From the NCBI GenBank assembly GCA_948473335.1, contig CAOKXF010000003.1:97775-129774 (forward strand): 32,000 nucleotides of DNA. The letters run 5' to 3'. Origin of the DNA: an uncultured Clostridium sp. (GTDB taxonomy: Bacteria > Bacillota > Clostridia > TANB77 > CAG-508). Of the stretch, positions 26,842 to 32,000 are shown piece by piece. The notes beneath the pieces were generated by a model. It was not told the origin of the DNA and searched no databases. It saw only the letters and a program-made list of their open reading frames with translations. Both the position numbers and the translations under genes were made by a program. The number at the start of each line of letters is the position of its first letter. Position 1 is the first letter of the stretch.

Positions 26842-26908
26842 ACTATAAGAATGAAAATTGGAAGAACTTAAAGAAAATGAAGCATAACACAAAATTACAT
26901 GTATACTG

Positions 26909-26945
26909 TTAGATGTGAATAAATGAATTTACATCTAATTTTTTT
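26909..26945 (+). terminator. Strong rho-independent terminator
   Basis: 12-bp stem TTAGATGTGAAT (26909-26920) / ATTTACATCTAA (26927-26938) with one G-T wobble, loop AAATGA, followed by T7 (26939-26945). Confidence 0.85.
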
Positions 26946-27148
26946 GATTGTAAAATTATTTACAAAGAATTTAAGTTAGAACATCAAATTACAGAGGTCT
27001 TTAAATCTAACAACTTGACGGTTCAACTTTTATTCCTATTATTAATTTAGTTTTAGATAGTGAGGGCAATAGACTCTATATAACAAGCATGATGAAATAA
27101 TAGTAGAGGTAAAAGACTTAAGTTCAAAAAGAAAGTAGGTGAATAATT
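26946..27148 (+). ncRNA. Candidate IS110 bridge/seek RNA locus (non-coding left end)
   Basis: 203 nt with no ORF lie between the upstream terminator and the transposase start. Hairpin TTGTAAA/TTTACAA is at 26948-26965. An imperfect long helix pairs 26973-26982 with 27021-29 and 26984-87 with 27015-18 around a large loop. The assignment rests on position and family precedent only. Confidence 0.3.
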
Positions 27149-28351
27149 TTGAAAACAGTATTAAGTGTAGATGTTGCTAAAAATAAAAGTATGATAATGC
27201 TTATGAATAGTGATGGAGAGATACTTATTGATACAAAAGAAATAAAGCATAATTTAGAAGATTTTGAGAAAGTAAAAGAAAAAATAAAAGAAATTAATCC
27301 ACAAAATCTAACAGTATTTATGGAATCAACAGGTACATATCATTTACCAGTAGAAAGATATTTTAAAGAAAGTGGATTTAATACTTTAGTTATCAATAGT
27401 TTAACAACAAAAAATAATTTTGATACTATAAGGAAAACAAAAACAGATAAGAAAGATTGCTACAGATTAGCCAAGTTATTTTTTGTAAATGAAGTAGAAT
27501 ATCATGAAATATCAAAAAAAGATTTATATGCTAATTTAAAAGCAATGACAAGGCAATATTTTTATTTGACACAAGTAAATATTCGTTGTAAAAATCGATA
27601 TAAAAGACTAATAAATATTTGTTTTCCAGAGTTTGAAGGATTCTTTGCTCGTAATAGGATTTATGAAGATACAGCATTAAATTTTATAAAAGCATTTCCA
27701 CATGCTTATATAGTTGGAGAAAAAAGAATTGATGCATTATATAATAATTTACGCAAAGTAGATGCTAGACATGACTACTATTATAAAAGATTAGCTAGGC
27801 AGTTAAAAGATACTGCAATGAACTCATTTCCAGGAGTAGACAAAGACCATGCTGATGTAAAAAATTTATCAGATATGGCGAGTATATTGCAAGAAAACAA
27901 TAGATTAATATATGAAATAAGAAAAAATATGATTGAATTAGCAAAACACTCTCCATATTTTGAAATAGTAAATTCATTTTATGGGATAGGAGAAGTATTA
28001 GCAGCAGAGTTGTTAGGAGAACTAGGAGATATTACAAGATTTGATAATCATAAGCAATTGATTGCTTTTTGTGGATTAGATCCATCAATTGTTCAGTCTG
28101 GAAAAAGTATAAATGTGAAAGGAGCAATATCAAAAAGAGGTAATAAATATGCAAGATGGATACTATTTAACATAAGTCAAATGGTAGTGAAATTAGGACA
28201 TCAAAGTCCTAGCCACCCAGTCTATAATTATTATTTAATAAAAAAAGCAGAAGGCAAACATTACTACGAAAGCCTAACTGCTTGTTCAACTAAAATTCTA
28301 AGAATGTTATATACTATGTGCAAAAATAATAAACGATTCTTAGAAGAATAA
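27149..28351 (+). CDS. IS110 family transposase / recombinase (DEDD RuvC-like domain plus Tnp domain)
   Basis: 400 aa with a TTG start. LSVDVAKNKS, FMESTGTYH and KTDKKDCYRLAKLFF fit the DEDD_Tnp_IS110 pattern. The C-terminal part GIGEVLAAELLGELGDITRFDNHKQLIAFCGLDPSIVQSGKS...ISKRGNKYARWIL fits the Transposase_20 pattern with the conserved SG. Confidence 0.92.
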   Translation: MKTVLSVDVAKNKSMIMLMNSDGEILIDTKEIKHNLEDFEKVKEKIKEINPQNLTVFMESTGTYHLPVERYFKESGFNTLVINSLTTKNNFDTIRKTKTDKKDCYRLAKLFFVNEVEYHEISKKDLYANLKAMTRQYFYLTQVNIRCKNRYKRLINICFPEFEGFFARNRIYEDTALNFIKAFPHAYIVGEKRIDALYNNLRKVDARHDYYYKRLARQLKDTAMNSFPGVDKDHADVKNLSDMASILQENNRLIYEIRKNMIELAKHSPYFEIVNSFYGIGEVLAAELLGELGDITRFDNHKQLIAFCGLDPSIVQSGKSINVKGAISKRGNKYARWILFNISQMVVKLGHQSPSHPVYNYYLIKKAEGKHYYESLTACSTKILRMLYTMCKNNKRFLEE

Positions 28352-28516
28352 ATATAATTAAATTTTAGCATAAAAGAAGTGAAAAAGATAGAATTTTTTA
28401 AAAAACATATCGTTTTCGCTTGTTTGCCATGCAAAAAAATAATATAATAAATTTATAAAAAAAGACTTGACAAAGATTAGATAGTCAATAAATCGCTAGG
28501 AATGGAGGGATAAAAA

Positions 28517-29368
28517 ATGAACTTTAAAGAATATGGAGATAACAGTAAAGATACAATAATGCTATTACATGGTGGTGGTCTTTCTTGGTGGAATTATAGA
28601 GAAGAAGCAGAAAAATTAAAAAATAGTTATCATATTATTCTTCCAATATTAGATGGTCATTCGGAAAGCGATAGAAATTTTACAAGTATAGAAGATAATG
28701 CACAAGAAATTGTAGAGTATATAATTAATAATTATAATGGTCATATTCGTTTAATAGGAGGATTATCTTTAGGAGGACAAATTCTTTTAGAAATTTTATC
28801 AAAAAAAGAAGATATTTGTGATTATGCTATTGTTGAAAGTGCATTAGCAATTCCTATGAAAGCAACATATAAAATGATTAGACCAGCTTTTTCTATGAGT
28901 TATGGGCTAATATCGAAAAAATGGTTTTCACAAATGCAATTTAAGTCTTTAAAAATAAGAGAAGATTTATTTAATGAATATTATAGAGATACTTGTAAAA
29001 TTAGTAAGGAAGATATGATTGCTTTTATGGAAGCAAACTCAAAATATGAAATTAAAGATTCTTTATCAAGTACAAAAGCAAAAGTTTTAGTAGTTGTAGG
29101 AGATAAAGAAGGACCAATAATGAAAAAATCAGCGAGTATAATTCATCAAAAGATAAATGGAAGTAGAATTGAAATATTACCTAATTATTATCATGGAGAT
29201 TTTAGCATAAATAATCCACAACAATATGTTAAAGCAATTAACGAGCTTATTGCTAATAGAAACTTGAAAGGCAAATCATTTTATAATACTGAAACAAAAT
29301 CTGAAAATGAACAAATAGAATTAAAAGAAAGAAATAGAACAGATACAAAGTTTTTAGATGAAAGATAA
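28517..29368 (+). CDS. Alpha/beta hydrolase fold protein
   Basis: 283 aa. Oxyanion-region LLHGGG, nucleophile elbow GLSLGG (G-x-S-x-G), late HGD. RBS GGAGGG is 8 nt upstream. Confidence 0.8.
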   Translation: MNFKEYGDNSKDTIMLLHGGGLSWWNYREEAEKLKNSYHIILPILDGHSESDRNFTSIEDNAQEIVEYIINNYNGHIRLIGGLSLGGQILLEILSKKEDICDYAIVESALAIPMKATYKMIRPAFSMSYGLISKKWFSQMQFKSLKIREDLFNEYYRDTCKISKEDMIAFMEANSKYEIKDSLSSTKAKVLVVVGDKEGPIMKKSASIIHQKINGSRIEILPNYYHGDFSINNPQQYVKAINELIANRNLKGKSFYNTETKSENEQIELKERNRTDTKFLDER

Positions 29369-29395
29369 ATTATAATTTGGGAGTGAGGAATTGGT

Positions 29396-29614
29396 ATGAA
29401 AAAAGAAAATATTCATAAGTTTATATATATAGTTTGCATATTTTTAATTATTGGGTTTGCTATTAGATTAGGAGTAGATTATTTTAAATATGACAATACA
29501 AATAATTCAGCACCATTTTATGCTTTTATAATTGAGAGAGTAGTTGAATTCATAGTACCAAGTATGGTAGTATTTATTGTAGGAAAAGTGATGAAAAAGA
29601 AATATTCAAAGTAA
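29396..29614 (+). CDS. Small membrane protein (2 predicted TM helices), hypothetical
   Basis: 72 aa with an SD-like GGGAGTGAGG upstream and two hydrophobic helices. It follows the hydrolase by 27 nt and precedes a hairpin. Confidence 0.5.
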   Translation: MKKENIHKFIYIVCIFLIIGFAIRLGVDYFKYDNTNNSAPFYAFIIERVVEFIVPSMVVFIVGKVMKKKYSK

Positions 29615-29633
29615 AAGAAAAAATACATTAAGC

Positions 29634-29670
29634 ATGAGAAGTAATTAAGCTACAAAATTACTTCTCATTT
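29634..29670 (+). terminator. Hairpin after the hydrolase / small-protein pair
   Basis: Perfect 13-bp stem ATGAGAAGTAATT (29634-29646) / AATTACTTCTCAT (29656-29668) with a 9-nt loop. Only TT follows, so the U-tract is weak. Confidence 0.55.
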
Positions 29671-29698
29671 ATGATATAATCAAAACACAAGATAGTAA

Positions 29699-29845
29699 TT
29701 TAAAAATGTAGAAGAAATTACGGCATTAGATTTTAACCATCAAGGAAATATAGACGATTGGTTGATTATTGAAAAAATAGAGGATGTAGTTGTAAGGACA
29801 AGTATTCCATACAATTATGAAAAATCAAAATTTTAAGGTGGTATA
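29699..29845 (+). pseudogene. Start-less 3' fragment of an unknown gene
   Basis: The open frame reads FKNVEEITALDFNHQGNIDDWLIIEKIEDVVVRTSIPYNYENQNFKVV*. It has no start codon or RBS. Its stop lies 2 nt before the next ATG, and it contains that ORF's SD (AAGGTGG). Confidence 0.4.
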
Positions 29846-29847
29846 AA

Positions 29848-29946
29848 TATGGCAATGTGGAATCCATGGAGAGGTTGTAAAAAATGTAGTGATGGCTGTT
29901 TATATTGCTATATTCATAATAAAATACAAACAAAGGATTTGTGTAA
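29848..29946 (+). pseudogene. Truncated 5' fragment resembling the DUF5131 (phage Gp37/Gp68) family N-terminus
   Basis: MAMWNPWRGCKKCSDGCLYCYIHNKIQTKDLV* is 32 aa. The WNPW.GC....GC..CY three-Cys N-terminal motif is typical of that family as I recall it, whose members are about 250 aa. Here a stop occurs at codon 33. Confidence 0.45.
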
Positions 29947-30013
29947 ACAAGCAAAATTAGCAAATATCGATTATAAAAGTAGTTGCTAAATGATAATTTG
30001 TAAGAGGTAGAAA

Positions 30014-30232
30014 ATGAAAAAAGAAAAAGGTGGAAAAAGGAAAAATCAAAATAACATTACGAGGAATACAACTATTTCTATTTTAGTATTTATAGCAATA
30101 TTAGTATGTATTATATGTGATTTAGCAGTTTTAGGTAAATTTACTTGGTTGATAATTACAACAAGTTCAATTATGTTTGCTTGGTTAGTTTTAATTCCAA
30201 CAATAAAGTTAGGTAAAAAAAGGGATAAGTAG
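30014..30232 (+). CDS. Small membrane protein (basic N-terminus, 2 TM helices), hypothetical
   Basis: 72 aa with AAGAGG 6 nt upstream and two clear hydrophobic segments. It lies immediately upstream of the YafY-type regulator. Confidence 0.45.
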   Translation: MKKEKGGKRKNQNNITRNTTISILVFIAILVCIICDLAVLGKFTWLIITTSSIMFAWLVLIPTIKLGKKRDK

Positions 30233-30300
30233 CAGTTTAACAATGTTAAGCATTTTTATTATTCCATATTTATATGTTATAATACATGTAGGAGGAAATT

Positions 30301-31200
30301 ATGCAAGTAAATAATAGATTATTCGAAATAATATATATACTAATGCAAAAGAAAAAAATTACAGCCAAAGAACTATCAGAAAGATTTGAAGTGTCTACTA
30401 GGACAATATATAGGGACATAGAAATATTGAGTAGAGCAAATATACCAATTTATACAACCAAAGGGAAAGACGGAGGAATAGAACTTATAGAAGAATATGT
30501 ACTAAATAAAGCAATTCTTTCAGAAGAAGAACAAAAGCAAATTTTATTTGCATTACAAGGCATGAAAAAAGTAAGAGGAAAAGAAGAAAAAGATGTATTA
30601 GAAAAATTAAGTATATTATTTAATAAAAAAGTAGAAGATTGGATAAAGATAGATTTTTCAAATTGGGGGAAAAAGAATACACAAGAAGAAAGATTTGATA
30701 TAATCAAAAAAGCAATATTGAATAAAAATTTAATAGAATTTGTATATTATAATTCTAATGGAGAAAAGACAAAAAGAATCGTGGAACCAATACAAATATG
30801 GTTTAAAGATAAATCATGGTATGTAATAAGTTATTGTAGAATAAAAATGGACTATAGAATATTTAAAATTGCTAGAATAAGAGATATAAAAATATTAGAA
30901 GAACATTTTCAAAGAGAGTTACCAAAAGAAAGAAAAGAAGGAAAATACAAATTCGAAGAAATATTACTTGAATTAGAGATAAGCAAAGAAATGGCATATA
31001 GAGTATATGACGAATTCGAAGATGAAGAAATAACTAAAAAAGAAGATGGAAATTTTATTATAAAAGTAAAATATCCAGAAAATGAATGGATATATAGTTA
31101 CATTTTATCTTTTGAAGAATATGCGAAAGTTATATCACCAGAAAGAATAAAAGTAGATATAAAAAAGAAATTAGAGAAAATTTCAAAAAAATATTTATAA
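30301..31200 (+). CDS. YafY family transcriptional regulator (N-terminal HTH_11, WYL domain, C-terminal WCX-like)
   Basis: 299 aa. RLFEIIYILMQKKKITAKELSERFEVSTRTIYRDIEILSRANIPIYTTKGKDGGIEL is a typical HTH_11. The central part IEFVYYNSNGEKTKRIVEPIQIWFKDKSWYVISYCRIKMDYRIFKIARI is a WYL domain. RBS GGAGGA precedes the ATG. Confidence 0.88.
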   Translation: MQVNNRLFEIIYILMQKKKITAKELSERFEVSTRTIYRDIEILSRANIPIYTTKGKDGGIELIEEYVLNKAILSEEEQKQILFALQGMKKVRGKEEKDVLEKLSILFNKKVEDWIKIDFSNWGKKNTQEERFDIIKKAILNKNLIEFVYYNSNGEKTKRIVEPIQIWFKDKSWYVISYCRIKMDYRIFKIARIRDIKILEEHFQRELPKERKEGKYKFEEILLELEISKEMAYRVYDEFEDEEITKKEDGNFIIKVKYPENEWIYSYILSFEEYAKVISPERIKVDIKKKLEKISKKYL

Positions 31201-31257
31201 TATGACATATAGTTGTCAAGTTATATATTATATACTTCATTTCAGGAGGTATAAAAT

Positions 31258-31722
31258 ATGAAATATGAAATTGTAGAATTAAAAGAAAAGGTTGTTAAAG
31301 GAATTGAAGTAAAAACAACTAATCAAGATGGAAAGGCAATAAAAGATATAGGCAAAACTTGGCAAAGACTATTTACAGAAGGAATTTATGAAAAAATAAA
31401 AAATAAGGTAAATGATAAAACAATTGGATTATATACAGAATATGAAAAAGATTATACACAACCTTATACATTCATAGCAGGGGCAGAAGTTAGTAAAGAT
31501 GTAGAGAATGATGAACAAATAGTTAGTAAAGTTATAGAAAAAGGGAAATATGCCAAATTTGTTGTAATAGGAGATGTCCAAAATTCAGTTGGACGAGCAT
31601 GGCGAGAAATATGGAATATGGATTTAAATAGGAAATACATTTGTGATTTTGAAGAATATCAAAATAATTCAAAAGATATGCAAAAACAAGAAATTCATAT
31701 TTATATTAGTCTAGAAGATTAG
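31258..31722 (+). CDS. GyrI-like / AraC effector-binding (Cass2-type) small-molecule binding protein
   Basis: 154 aa. MKYEIVELKEKVVKGIEVKTTNQDG..IGKTWQRLFTEGIYEKI...IGLYTEYEKDYTQPYTFIAGAEV...AWREIW matches the GyrI-like fold pattern. Confidence 0.8.
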   Translation: MKYEIVELKEKVVKGIEVKTTNQDGKAIKDIGKTWQRLFTEGIYEKIKNKVNDKTIGLYTEYEKDYTQPYTFIAGAEVSKDVENDEQIVSKVIEKGKYAKFVVIGDVQNSVGRAWREIWNMDLNRKYICDFEEYQNNSKDMQKQEIHIYISLED

Positions 31723-31737
31723 GAAGGGGAATAAAAA

Positions 31738-32000
31738 ATGCCTTTTGATTATAAAAGAGAATATAAAGAATTTTATATGCCAAAGAATAAACCTAGTATC
31801 ATTAAAATTCCTAAGATGAATTATATAGCTGTGAGAGGAAAAGGCAATCCAAATGATGAAAATAGCGAATATAAAGCTTCAATAGGACTATTATATGCTA
31901 TTGCTTTTACTATAAAAATGAGTTATAAAGGAACATATAAAATAGATGGTTATTTTGAATATGTAGTTCCACCATTAGAAGGATTTTGGTGGCAAGATAA
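31738..32000 (+). CDS. GyrI-like domain protein (3' end outside the window)
   Basis: MPFDYKREYKEFYMPKNKPSIIKIPKMNYIAVRGKGNPNDENSEYKASIGLLYAIAFTIKMSYK...FEYVVPPLEGFWWQD is a well-conserved GyrI-like family N-terminus. RBS GGAAGGGG is upstream. The frame is still open at the window end. Confidence 0.8.
   Translation, partial: MPFDYKREYKEFYMPKNKPSIIKIPKMNYIAVRGKGNPNDENSEYKASIGLLYAIAFTIKMSYKGTYKIDGYFEYVVPPLEGFWWQD

Larger units (their letters stand above)
26946..28460 (+). mobile_element. IS110-family insertion sequence (ends approximate)
   Basis: Intact DEDD-type transposase CDS with about 200 nt of non-coding sequence upstream and about 100-160 nt downstream. IS110 elements lack clear terminal inverted repeats and target duplications, so the boundaries cannot be set from a single copy. 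Confidence 0.55.

Noticed and set aside
29766-30707. Minus-strand ORFs 29766-29963, 30046-30243 and 30450-30707
   Set aside because: They are antisense to better-supported plus-strand features (the gene stubs with SD coupling, the small TM protein, the YafY regulator). They have no RBS and low-complexity translations.

Overview
Very AT-rich segment with strongly purine-skewed coding strands. Strong AGGAGG-type ribosome-binding sites and the gene content suggest a low-GC Firmicute, probably a Clostridia-type chromosome. Nt 1-23,250 look like core chromosome. They hold the 3' 6.5 kb of a giant RCC1/cadherin-like/dockerin surface protein, a YbiT-like ABC-F ATPase, a UPF0016 (GDT1) cation transporter and a GldA/F/G-like ABC-2 operon. 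They also hold an Rpn (PD-(D/E)XK) nuclease, smc, convergent lemA-htpX, a DUF348-G5-3D wall protein, exonuclease III, an AI-2E permease and a small multidrug-export protein. A promoter-equipped tRNA-Arg(ACG) at 23,256-23,332 marks the start of an accessory, visibly decaying region. That region begins with a tyrosine integrase broken by a 1-nt homopolymer frameshift, an excisionase and 3-4 degenerate ~85-bp tandem repeats. It continues with a start-less XRE-regulator remnant, an orphan membrane protein and an intact IS110-family element with a ~200-nt non-coding leader. Further on are an alpha/beta hydrolase, two back-to-back gene stubs, and a YafY/WYL regulator with two GyrI-like genes. No attR copy of the tRNA end is visible. 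The most checkable leads are four: a consensus SD plus in-frame ATG inside the Rpn gene (possible RpnS-like intragenic antitoxin), the IS110 leader as a candidate bridge/seek RNA locus, the ~85-bp repeat array next to int-xis, and the giant dockerin-bearing protein. Most minus-strand ORFs in the supplied track are Leu/Phe-rich antisense artefacts of the purine skew. All domain calls come from motif recognition by eye, not from searches.
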